From assembly GCA_029717555.1 (NCBI GenBank), contig JAMDHS010000053.1, positions 1 to 64,000 of the forward strand: a DNA stretch of 64,000 bases, given 5' to 3'. Shown piece after piece: positions 38,556 through 50,477 of the stretch (the first letter of the stretch is position 1; each line of letters opens with the position of its first letter). Origin of the DNA: Peribolospora baueri (Eukaryota). The notes under the pieces were generated by a model. That model ran no database searches. It was not told where the DNA came from and saw only the letters and a list, made by a program, of their open reading frames with translations. The translations under genes and the position numbers were made by a program.

Positions 38556-41500
38556 TCATTGAGGGTGACTTGAAGAAATCTTGTCGATCAGGGACGCTCG
38601 CTTCGGCGAGTCGGCGCTAATGAGTCACAGACCATGAGGAATGAATTGTCAGGTCAGCTTCTTAACGGTGCAACGAATAAGCATCCATATGAGGCTTACA
38701 AGAGCGACCTGATGAGCCGGCATAGTTCGTCTGGCGAAAAGTCGATGAGCGCGCCAGTCTCGAAGAGATCTGAAGAGGAGGCAATGTGATGAGCGCTCGG
38801 ACCGACCGCTGCCATTAAAATACGGACCGCTGGGAAACTCACAGCCGATGTCGACCAAGGAGCCGGTCAGAATCTCCGCCAAATAACTCATCTTGAACCA
38901 GTGAGGGACGAAGAACGCGACCGTGGACTGTTTGCCTTCCTCTATGACGAAGAGGGTCTCCAAAGATTCTAGTGATCGACACAGGTCGCTGAGCTTGTGA
39001 GATTCTGCTTCACCGATGTCTGGAATGGCCTCGATGTCGGAAATGATCCTATCTAGAGAAGCATCAACCAGCCGGCCTATGGCCTGGTAGTGCAGGTCCG
39101 AGGGCAGCACAGACTAGTAGTGATGAAAGCAATAGTTCAATCACCATTAGCGTCTTGACGTAATTTTCATCACGCTTACGATGTAAGGTTTGATGTCAAT
39201 TCTCTTCCACGCTCACCTTCCACACAGATGCAAGGCGGTGCAGACTGTGCGAGAGCTGTTTCAGCGCTCGATCGCTGGCCTTGAACCGTTGCTCAATGTT
39301 CGCATCAACGAAACCTCCCGCTTCATCCAGGCACTCCATAAGAACTTTGGTTTGCAGCGTCTGGGACGACACGTGTCGTTTGGATGGATGCGACGTCAGG
39401 TACTAGCCGGACTACTGCGACAGCAAAGCAGCTGGGAAACTCACGATTTGGGTATCGTACCACCTCGTTCCCAGCAACTTTACCCTCGCCGCCCTATCAC
39501 TCAGCTTGACACCGTGAGAACCAGGGCCACCGTCAAAAGGGAATTGGACATGGGAGCTTGCAGATTCGATCGCCTCAAGCTCTCTTGAGAGGAAGTCACA
39601 ATCGTTGTGAAACTGCATCGCGAGCGCAGGAACGTTGTTCAGGATTTCCTCATGCACGACCGGGAGGATGGCCTGGTACAGGTCGAAGACGTCGAGGAAG
39701 GCGCGGTACAGCGTCGCCGCGCTGCTTCTGAGCGTTCGATCATCCCCACTAATGGCATTGAATAGCGAACAAAGAGAAGTGAGCGGAGCGAAACTGGACA
39801 TTTCAGCACAGGCTAGTCTCACCTCGAATCCAGGATGAAGACAACATCGTTGAGAATAGATAGTGCGGTAGATACGATCTCCTTCGACCGAATCGATATG
39901 GTATATTGTTCTTTGACTGGAGAAGGGGACGATGACTCCAGACCGGGGGCGGAACGCGGAGAGGTTGAAAGATTCGTTGCTGGTGCTCCGCCTTGAAAAT
40001 CCGCGGACGTTTGCTCCTCCGGCATGGAAAGAGGCTCCGGAACTGCCTCGTCGAGGCCCCATCCATCCTCCTCCTCCATCTCCGTAGAGGGTTGTCCGAC
40101 GTTGGGAGATTCCAACGCTGTCTTGCCGGAACCTGATCCGACCTCCTCCTTCCGCATCTCAGCTCGGCCTCCAGCATCTCGTTGTGGAGGTGCAGTCGAG
40201 GCGCCAGCACCTCCCAGGGAACCGTCGACGCGCCCTTTCTGCGCGGAAGTCCGTGCCACGACCATGAATGACCACCTCTCCCCTTCCACCTTCCACCTCT
40301 CGCCTTCCCATGCCTCGCCCAACAACATCTCCCGCACCCGACTGAGAACTTCTCTCCTCTTTTTCTCCGCAAAATGCATACCGATGTGCGCGGAGAAATG
40401 GCTTAGCGGTTGGAGCTCCGGGTCGGGCCTGCCCCACTCGTTCACCGAGTCCACGTCGCCCGCCTCCGAGTCTCCTCCGTCCACCGACAAGTCCACGCTG
40501 GCGGTCCTCGTACGGGTGAAAGACATTTGACTCTCCGCGCGCGGGATCATGAGCTCTGGCCGCGGCGCCCATCCGAGGACTTGCATCTCGCGCTCGAAAG
40601 AGACAGCTTTCTTGGCGAGCGTCTTGAGCCGTGGCAGCTCCTCTACCGTCGTCGGTATTTGCGGCTCTAAATACCGGGTCAAGGTCGCGGAAGAAACGTC
40701 TGGACCGAGGAGAAAGGCGAAGGAGGTCTGGAGCTGCGAGGAAGAACTGAACGAAGGGCCGGACGAGTCCCGCGTACTGGAGAACAGAGAGACAGCCAAG
40801 AATTTGAACAATCGGAGCAGAGCGTCGAGGGGTGTTTTCGGGGGGTCTTGGCCCTCGCCTTCCTCATCGAAGCCCCAGCCCTCGACCTCCTTCCATGCCA
40901 AGCGTGCCGAACGACCACCTTTGCGACTCCACCCTTCCTCGTCGTGTCCGTCTGCAGGCTCGGGCTCCTCCTCCACGATGACCTCCACCTGAGACGTTTG
41001 GTAAGGCCCAACTGGGGTGTCTAAGATGGGAAGGATAAAGCGCTTCAGAAGTGAGGACTTGAGGGAGAGCAGGCGAGGCGTTAGGTGACCACGGGCAGAC
41101 AGGCTCGAGAGAAGAGCAGAAAGGGGGATGAGCGCGGGGGAGCTGGGCGTGACTAGCGGCCGTCAAGCAAAGCAAACGTTAATCAGGTTGATCTGCACAT
41201 CCGATCAATTCAGCCAATGCGACCCACCTTGGACCTCCGAGTAGATGGTCAACGTCGTTGATCCTTCCAGCGTCCCAAACACGATCGCCCGATCCCAAGC
41301 ATCAATCAGCCTCTCATCCGCCTTGTCTCGCACGGTCTCTAGACGGGCTTCCAGCTCGCCCCAAATCTTAGTCTCGGCGATCCAGATGTCCGCGTCGTCC
41401 TGCCAATGTTTGGCCGCGTCAAAAACAGATCGAGCGTCCGGCCACGAGGAGACCGCCTCCTCCAGTTGTCCTTGCTCAAGAAGCTCCTCGAGTCGCTCAA

Positions 41501-42094
41501 GGGTCAAAGCACATCGTTGCAAACGGGAGATGCCGTCAAGAATGAAAATGGAATGAGAGCTGCGTTGCAGGACGGCCGAGTGCGCTTGTATCTGGGACAA
41601 GAGGGAAGGGGTAAAACCGAGCTGCAGCCGACGGCGGAGGATAAAAGGCGAAACGAGATAAAAGCTTAGCGAGCAACCTGTACCAACGCCGCAACATCGT
41701 AAAGACACTCACCTCTGGGCTGTCTATTCGGCTATCGAGCTCCGCAACGCTCTGCGAAAGATCCGCGAGCGTCAGAGACGTCCGCACCGATGCTTGCGCT
41801 TGGCGCCGGAAGGATGGAAGGTCGGAGTGAACACGAGCGTGAATACGATGCTGTTGCAAGGAGAAGAAGCCAAAGGAAGGATGGGTCAGGTCGTACCCAT
41901 CATCCCTGCGCGGAGCAGGCAGACCGCACCTTGACGTCTTCGATCGCCTCGTTCAACCTCTGAACGTGCGAAGCGATGGACGGGCCTCCGCTCGTGACGT
42001 CTGCGCCGATTCCGTCAAGGAACCGGCCCACATCAAAGACGGTCCTTGCCCGCTCGTGCGGTATCAAGGGTGAAGCGGTCGCCGTCGTCGCCAT
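38556..42094 (-). CDS. ZW10: ZW10/Dsl1-family kinetochore and ER-tethering protein (multi-exon)
   Basis: C-terminal blocks VPALAMQFHNDCDFL, IEAIPDIGEAESHKL, VPHWFKMSYLAEILTGSLVDI, GALIDFSPDEL, ADSPKR; internal acidic-Trp motifs (EDGWGLDE, EGWGFDEE). Confidence 0.85.
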
Positions 42095-42405
42095 CAGTGC
42101 GCGCTTGCCGTCGTCGTTCGAGAGAACCAAGCCGCCATGGCACAGCGCTCGAGCCAGCGAGCCGGCAGTGCCTTCCAGCCCCCGCGCTCACACAGGACCA
42201 GATGGAGAGGCGTGGGAATATTCCCCTGCTGCGGCGCTGCGGCAACGCGGCGAATTCATTCACCTTCACGCGACTCCATTAACATCTAGATGATCTCACG
42301 CCGCATTTCTTCCGATCACTACTAACTGCGAAGGATTCGGCAAGGACGATGAAGGCGACCAAAAAGGCGTCGGCATCGGTAAAGATAAAAACAGACCAAA
42401 CTCAC

Positions 42406-42664
42406 CACTCGGGACGCCCATCCTTTTCGCCATTTTGGCTCCGACTTTGTTGAGCCAGACGAGCGTGGTGGGGTCGTTGTGAGAGACAGGGTGATAGTAG
42501 TTGACTTGACCCTCGGCGTCAGGAGTGGGGTCAAGATTAGGAGGGCGATCGGTAGAATCACCATCAGTGCGAGGAAAGACAACTTCAACCCCGTGGAGGC
42601 TAAGCCTCGCCCTGAGGGCAGCATCGTCGCCGGCCGAAGGACGTGCTTCGTTTGGATGCTCCAT
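42406..42664 (-). pseudogene. clr2: Inverted exon 1 of clr2
   Basis: MEHPN...VVFPRTDGDSTDRPPN...EGQVNYYHPV...WLNKVGAKMAKRMG resembles the N-terminus of fungal Clr2; ends at a GTGAGT donor (42405) in phase 1. Confidence 0.7.
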
Positions 42665-42923
42665 TGGTCTTGGACGTATCCCGAAGGCGTTCCCCAGCGA
42701 CGAGGGACACTCCAGCCTTGGGCTTTCAGCCAGGTATATAGGAAATGATGCCAAGGCGAAGGTGAGGGCGCGATGGCAACGAGGAGACCGCGCGAATTGG
42801 CCGTTCGGAGCCTCCTCTGGCTCTGGCTGGTGGCCACGTTCGAAACTGTTCCCGTGTGACCCACCCTACGCGTGACCGGAGCTGATGGATGCCTACCTGG
42901 ACGCATTTCGCTCTTCCTTCCAG

Positions 42924-45501
42924 CTTCAGAAGTCAAGTACAGGCTTCGGTCCTTCCCGGCCAAATATCAGCTTTACTACCACCGCAAGGGTCCCAAACAG
43001 AATCCAAAGCATGACGTCTATCTCTACGGTGCGTCACTACACCTTTTGCCACATACGGTCGTGTCCGTAGTAATCCTGTAGCTACGCTCACTCTCGCGAC
43101 GGATCCGTCACCTTTCTCATCATGAAGGCTGTCCAGGGAAGCACTTTCGGTCGCCCTCCGAATTCTTCGATCATGCCTAGTGGCTTCTCACGGACGAGTC
43201 CTTGAATCCCGAAAACTGTGGTTGCAAGTACGACAAAGGCACTGGCTGGGCAAAGATACGCGGGGCCAAGAATATTGGTGGTACACGTCACAACGCACGT
43301 CAGGGCCGTCCAGGCAACGTGCTCTCGGAGCACCACGCCAATGTTCGCCCGGCGCAGCCCGTTTACAGAGTCGGAACCGCTGCACCGTTCCAGAAGAAGG
43401 AGCGCGACCGCGAGATCCGTCGCGATGGGATCGGCTACCGCAAGGCCGAGCTCGTCTGGGTTCGATTAGACGAATCCGTTGTAAGCGAGAACGGCGCCAA
43501 CAAGGAAGGGGATGATGCCGACGACGATAGGTGGCCTCTCATCGGTGAAGGCGGTCGCATCACTCACTGGCCTGCGATCATCCAGGACACCGTGCTGCTC
43601 TGCGACCCTGCTCCCTCGCCCTCGGCTCGGACTACATCTTCCACTTCAACTCCTCGAACTATCCAGAGAACATGCTACACCTGCCTCCTGCTCGGCACGC
43701 GGGACAACATCGAGCGCTTCAACGATCAGATTCGGCCATGGTTGTCGATGTCGGTCAGCATTGGCCTCTTACAAGAGTCTCATGCACGGCTTCCTTCGCT
43801 CAAGGACAAAGTATTTCTGAAGTGTCCGCGCACGCCCTACTTCAGCATCTTCAATAAGCCAAAGGAAGCGACCTCCAACCAAATTAGCCGGTCTCCTCTC
43901 AAGTCGTTCCAAGACTGTTTGCTACCGTTCATCCTCGGTGTCCAGTACGCCACGGAGGTCTCCCGCGTCTACACGTTTTTTGGCGAGTTCAACATCCCAG
44001 GAAAGCACTTCTCAAGCCCTTTGCCCGCCGATGCGACCGACGCAGAAAAGGCGGAAAACGAAAAGGCGAATGAAGCCTTGCACTAAAATTTGGGTGGGAG
44101 AAGTCGTGCGGCTGCGAATCTCTGAGGATCGTGTTCCCCAGCTCCGCCGTCTCCTCAAGAGATTTTCGAAACCTTTGTCCAGCAAGGCGCGCGACGATGC
44201 GGACGCGATGGAAATCAGCGACGACGAGGACAACGAATTGAACGAGGACAATACCCTTCATAGGGCTTCCTTCGTTGTGGACGTGAACGCCATGTACCGC
44301 GTCAACGGAACGGCGAAGCTGGCTGGCGATCTTTACGAAGTGGTCGAAGGGGCTCAAGAAGGCGGGTCCCAGCCTGGCACGTCCGGCGCCGGTTCCGCGT
44401 CAACGTCTTCCCATTCGGCCTTCAGGGGCAGATATGGCGATGGATTATACACCTCCAGGGATTCGTCCGTCGCCTTGATTCCTTCAACGCTCCTCCTCCC
44501 CGGCCCCGACGCACCCAAGGACACGCATCTCCAGCTGATGAGCCACCCCGAGCACGAATTTATTGTCGACATCAACGACCTGGCCGGTCGTTACTACCCG
44601 AAACTATCTTCACGTTTTGATTTGGGCCTCTCGAAGCAGATGAAGGCGGCGGCGAACCTACCCGACTATGAATGGACGGAGAAGGATTCGGCCAAGGCGT
44701 TCAAGTTGGGCTGCCTCGGTTACCTTTCGGGGAGCGAGAGGTTCATGCCGTGCGAAAAGCACGTACCAAGTCGGTACGATGCGGTCAAGGACAGCGAGAC
44801 CACTTGTCTCAAGGTGATGGTAAGTATGGCGACGTTTCCTCTGGTCGCTGCTTGGAGCATAACGCATCTTGAAGTACGGATTTCCGTTCAGGTCGCCGCG
44901 CTGCATGGGGGGGACGAGGACGACAACCTTGACGACAATATGGGTGTAGACGCGCCTTCTGACGCGCTCATTCCGAACGGGAGAAAAAGCAACTCGGGCG
45001 CGGATGTCGGAAACGCCGGTGACAGAATAATGGCTGCAGAGACGTCAGATGCCTCGAAAACGGATGTGACTGTCTCTCCCCTCGCCAAGCGTGGCCATGG
45101 CGCTGGCGGGCGGAGTAGCTTGTCAGAAGCCACCAAGTCGGTGCCGTCTGACGTGAGGAGAACGCCGTCGCCGGATAGACCGCGTTCATCTGGCGACGCA
45201 CCCACTGCCACCCGAAGTGCAGCGGCATGTGCGGAGGAGCTCGCCTTCGTCCAGCAGAGCGGAGATAGTCCGCCCTCATTCGCCAATGCAGCAGCAGAAG
45301 CTGAAGCGAAAAGGGTCCGACCTCGCCGTTGCTCTCAGCCCGGTCTATCTGTCCAACGCCGGTCAATCTCGTTCTCGCCCATCACATGGTCAGGACCATG
45401 CCGGAGGTCTGGCCGCCGCGTCCAACAAGGCCAGGCATTCCAGTTCTACAGAGAAGAGAAGGAGGGTAGATGATGAGCGTGACAGGTTCCCCTGGGCGTG
45501 A
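42924..45501 (+). pseudogene. clr2: Cryptic loci regulator 2 (Clr2, SHREC subunit) homolog, exon 2 onward, disrupted
   Basis: YRLRSFPAKYQLYYHRKGP..HDVYLYG, FRSPSEFFDHA*WLL..NCGCKY, YRKAELVWV, ITHWPAII, KIWVGEVVRL, DLAGRYYP; in-frame TAG at 43178-43180; frame break at about 44086; no exon 1 on this strand. Confidence 0.82.
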
Positions 45502-46209
45502 CCTGGCGCTGTATGGTTGGAGTACATTCGGTTGCATAGATTCCCTCTCGATTAATCTCCTCGGCCCCTCCGGTCTGTACGTGTCGTCACGTTTTTTTTT
45601 GTCCTACTGTGCTCCCGTCGTCTATCATCCACGTCCTCGGCAGTTTTTTTCTGTTTCCGACGATGCTTCGATCTCGATACTCCGCCTTCTTCTTCGCTGT
45701 TCGTTTCACGATGCTTCTCTCATCGCAATTCACCATCGCAAGTTGTTTGTCGTCTTGTACTTTACCGTCCATCCTTCTTGCATCTATTTCAATGTGTTTG
45801 GATTCCCGAGGCGACTGCCGGAAGAGAGTCGCCGTCGATCAATCAGGAACGCTCCGTCGAATCATCATTTGCAATGGTATACATCCCCCATTGTTCCCCT
45901 TACGTACTCACATGTACTGGTACATGTAACTCATCCTAGCCCCTACCGTATTTCATTTCCAACTGTTTTCGTCTCTTCGGCTCGTTTCCTCCTTACCGCT
46001 TCGACTCTTTTCCCTTCCTCCCCTTCGGCTCGTTTCCTTCCCTCGAACTCCCCTGTATATAAGGGCGAGCCCCCGAGGCATCCCCAAGAAAAAGCCTCCA
46101 CTTCCAAATCGATTTAGCTAGCCTCCGATCTACTCCCAGTTCGCTTCCACCACACCATCTCACTCGCTCACGAGCCCTGCTTCCACTCCGTCCCCGATCA
46201 GCGGCGGAT

Positions 46210-47536
46210 ATGACTACGCTCCCCACCGCATCCTCTTCACGACCCCTCCGTCGCTGCCCAGAGCGGCCCTATGTTCAGTCTGCTCGTCTTCCGTCGCTCG
46301 ACACGGACGACTCCGAGGCGGAGCGCAAGCGGCGGTTCAAACTTTTTCTCGATTCGTCCGAGGATGATGAAAACCAGTACGTGGAAAAGGGGGAGAGCGG
46401 AGGCGATACCACCGACGACAAGAACGAGAGAGGGCGGCAGATTGGCTATGAAACCCGTCGTCGAGTGAGCGGCGTTGTCCAAAATCCGCCGGCGGAACCA
46501 GCGCGAGGGGTCGCAGACGAAGAGCGGCAACGTTCGAGACGTCGTGAGTTGTGATTTTTATTCATTCCAGTCACAGGCTTTCTGAACGAGTGCGTCAACG
46601 GGTTAGCGTATAACTGATCTCCGTTCCTGTATTGCTTTCCCGTATTAGAGACAGCTTCCTCCTCGACGTCCAGCGTCGTTGCCCTCTCCACTCCTCCGCA
46701 CGCCCCGCATCCTTTTCGGGGTAGGAGTTTTCAAGACGGCAGTGACGACGAGCCCTGCGGTGGACGGGGAAAGGAACCGGACAGCCAAGAGCGTCAGCAA
46801 GCGCTTCGAAGAGTCGACCAAGTCTTTCTGCGGACGAAAGGACGCCAGATTGGGAACAGGAAGAGAGATAGGGCGGGAGATGACGAGGAAAGGCTGGCAG
46901 CAAGGCGTGCGGCGAAGAGGAGGGCCTCTGATGGAACGATGGGTGAGTCCTCGACTTTTCCCGGATGCATAGGTCACCATACTGCGATGATCGTCGAGGA
47001 TGAACTGCATAAATCGCCTGGGACCTGCACTGCATTCTTGCCTAGGTCAACCGGTCTTCATCCATGACTCCAGCTCGGACGAGGCTGACACAGACGTTTG
47101 CGGTCTTCAACACAGAAACGAAGGTGGAAAGAAGGAGAATGTCAAGTGGACCTACAATCTGTTAACCCCTCCTTCCAATCTTCGCCACAGACCCGCAGCT
47201 GATCCAAGCTGCACACGCCATTCCTCGTGGACCCCCATGCTCCAAGTGACAGCCGTCCGTCCGAACAGGATCAGCACTCTGACCAACAGCCTGGCTCTCA
47301 GCATACATGGGCACACGGTTCCGACCCCAGTACGCTGCCACCATCGGATGACCCGTGGCACTGGTTCTACCAGTGGCATAATCGCCAACGCCACTCTTCT
47401 AAGACCGATCCGTTCGACACGTCTCCAACCTCTTCATCGCAGTCCGACGAGGAGTCCGCTATGCTGCTATGAGATTGGAGACGTGCCGAACGGATCGGTC
47501 TCAGAAGAGTGGCGTTGGCGATTATGCCACTGGTAG
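46210..47536 (+). CDS. Spliced orphan gene (exons 46210-46543, 46649-46942, 47046-47536) running into a large palindrome; possibly a pseudogene
   Basis: Upstream TATATAA at about 46056; two GTGAGT...TAG introns whose phases keep one open frame; no recognised family. Confidence 0.55.
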
Positions 47537-47730
47537 AACCAGTGCCACGGGTCATCCGATGGTGGCAGCGTACTGGGGTCGGAACCGTGTGCCCATGTAT
47601 GCTGAGAGCCAGGCTGTTGGTCAGAGTGCTGATCCTGTTCGGACGGACGGCTGTCACTTGGAGCATGGGGGTCCACGAGGAATGGCGTGTGCAGCTTGGA
47701 TCAGCTGCGGGTCTGTGGCGAAGATTGGAA
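47173..47730. repeat. Long inverted repeat: 260-bp arms (47173-47432 and 47471-47730) with a 38-bp spacer
   Basis: The arms are reverse complements with three mismatches seen; mirrored ORFs appear on both strands of the track. Confidence 0.97.
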
Positions 47731-48358
47731 AGCGGCCACAAGGGGGCATCTCTTGGTGACCGCAAGTTCCGATGCCCCACCCCCTCTCCGTCCTGACCTT
47801 TTTTTTTGTCATCCACAGCTCCTCGTGTATGTCAGGGAAGGCCGCTGCCCGTCTACGCGCTGTAAGACGACCGACGCATGCCAGCGCGCGGCTCTGGTCA
47901 AGATGGTCTTTGACCACTTCGACGCGAGCGGACCTGGTTGGAAAAGACGGACAACGTTGGCAACCGAGCGCAATCAGAGGGGCGAAAATGAGAAGTTTAG
48001 GCTCGCTTGGGGACCTTTGAAGGCTACGGTGGGTAAAAAATAAGTGAGACGAGGATCGACGAATGACATCGAGAGCCTCACAAATGGCCACCGCCACCAT
48101 TTTCGCTTTGATCCGCAACTCCAGCGTATGGTCGAAAAATCGAAGATCTGATCTCTGAAGAAGTGTGCGCAATGTGGCGACGAAAACCAATACCAGGAAG
48201 TCCACTGGGTATATCCAATCGTACACGTCTATTCTGGCGACCAATACCCTTCTGGGACGAAGATCACCCTACGGTCGTTCTACTCTGAATCGTGTAAAAG
48301 TCTTCGGTTCATTCTTGGCTGGAATTGCAATGGCAGGCGGCCATCGTCACCTTCCATG

Positions 48359-50300
48359 TCATGACGACACCCATAGCTTCTCCCGGATCCACTCCGCCGT
48401 CGGCTCGCTGACGTTGAGCGCCGGATCGAGCGGGAGCAAGCCGAGGTGGAGCGGGGCTGCTTGCTGCTCGGTTGACAGGAAGTGGTCATGCATGGAGAGC
48501 GCTGCGAGCGCCAAGTACGAGTGCATAGCGTCTGTAGAAGCGGGTCACCGGTGAAGATGAAGAGGGTTGGTGGTCAGCAGACTTCCGCGTGACATCACGG
48601 ACACTCGCAGAAAGAGAAACCTACCCGGATGTTCGCCAGGGACCTTCGTGAACCCTCCTACCAGAGTCTGGTTGCTGAGCAGCCAGACCACATCAGCCTC
48701 CGCATTCATGAGCTGTCCCTCCCCCAACATCTAAAGCAAAGGTGCGAGCGGCCTTCAGTAACGGTAGTAATTTCGACGAAGACAATGACTCCGCAAATTG
48801 GAAGAGGGACGGGGCAGGCGACTAACATGTATGCTGGCGCCTACCCAGAAGGAATAACAACTGTCCGCGGGCTTTTCGAGTCGGCCTTGGAAGCCGCCAT
48901 GACCGCTAGCCTCCTCCTCTTCTTCGTCTCCGTCTTCGTCTTCCCCGTCCTCCTCCTTCCCTTCGTTGTGTGCTGCCTTGTTTGAGCCAACTGCATGCAT
49001 CTTGGAATCAACACCGCCCGGGGCAGAGCTCATCGAGCCTGCAGAGCCAGCGCTGACGGATTTCGCGACGGGATAAGCTGCATACTGTCGCCCGAGCAGC
49101 CACCGGAGCAAGCTCTTCCGGGCGGGAGAATCTAGAGACAGAAGAGAGGCAAGGCTGGAGGGATATTGACGGGAAGCCAGGACCAAGGCAGCAAGCGTGC
49201 AATACGTTGATCCGCCTGTAAATAACAGGGTAGCTTAGTACAACTGTATGGTGCTGAGCGGAAAGTAAGACTCGCTCACCGTGTCCTTCCAATCGCGGTC
49301 TCACGGCATAGCTGCCCTCGTAGGTTCTACACTTTTCCAGAAAAGCGAGAGCTGCGGGAGCGTCGATGAATGACCAGTCGTTGAGCATGTAGCAGATGGC
49401 GAAAGCAGTGAAGACGAAGCGGACGTCCTGTTCTCTGTCGTCTAGTATTGACGGGGAAGACGCGAAGCTGCGGGGGAGGGTGGATGATCACGTATCGTAT
49501 AAATGTGAGATTGAAGATAAAGGTATGCAAGCTAGCAGAATGGTATATAAGCCTACCTCCCATCAGCTGCCTGCATCGATGCGACAAACTCCTTCAGCCC
49601 TTCTTTATCCAATCTGGAAAAATCATCGCGCAAGATTGCAAGAAGGAGCAGAGCGGTATAGCACATCGCTAGGTTGGCAGGGTCAAAAGACAGGCTTGTT
49701 TCGCGCTGATCGATGGTAAAGCAAAATCATCCTTAAGCACAGTGAGAAAAATACTGTTGAAAGGCTTAGATACGCTGCAGCGAAAGCACTCACTGAAGTT
49801 GAGGGCGCATCCCCGGTTACCAATCGCTGGTCCATGCTTGGTGACCCACGGAATCCTCCACCCGCACTCGCGGCTAGAAGGACAAGAAAAGATAAAGCTT
49901 AGTAGGCCGTAGAATCTCCTCCAGAAAGCAGATAGACGAGCACGCACTCACGCAGCTGCTGGGAATAGATCCAATCACACCATTCTCGCCTCTCCTCGTC
50001 AGTAATCTTGCCGCCCTGGCCTTGCGCCTCTCCAAGGAGGTCGAGTGCAGAGAGGCAGAAGTATGCAATTGCAACTCTACCAAGGGGCGTATGACAAGAT
50101 CGGAAGCACAAGACGGAGAAGACGGTCAAATCGTTTCTCCTCATCACGACGTCGCGCATGAACATTTAGAAGACTGCACGTATGTCCCACACTCACCGCT
50201 GGGTATCGGCGCCCTGATACGGCTGAGGCAGCATGCGCACGTTGCGCAGCCAAAATGCTACGTGCTTCTTGCGCTCAAAAGCTGCCCTAGGGGATGACAT
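48359..50300 (-). CDS. CDC43: Geranylgeranyltransferase type I beta subunit (multi-exon)
   Basis: KKHVAFWLRNVRMLPQPYQGADTQR, IAYFCLSALDLLG, WCDWIYSQQ, CRTYEGSY..LEGHG, GFQGRLEKPADSCYSFWVGASI, GGFTKVPGEHP. Confidence 0.9.
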
Positions 50301-50477
50301 AGCTGGCGGAAGGCGGTGGTCAGCGACCAGGCGATGACAAGTGGTGAACGTCAAGTGAATGTCGAGGCAGTCGCCGAGCCGGCTGCGGCGCTCGACGGGC
50401 GGTTTAATTTACGCGCAGGCGCGAAGCTGGAGTCGCATCCCTGTTCATCTTCGAACCACGGCGCTAAACAACTGCCA

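Noticed and set aside
43178..43180. Stop-codon recoding or an alternative genetic code in clr2
   Set aside because: TAG ends other genes here normally (p24 gene, secreted protein), and the extra frameshift and inversion favour pseudogenisation
45975..46045. Three degenerate ~24-bp repeats (CTTCGGCTCGTTTCCT) upstream of a TATA box
   Set aside because: Pyrimidine-rich low-complexity promoter sequence; too short and degenerate to interpret
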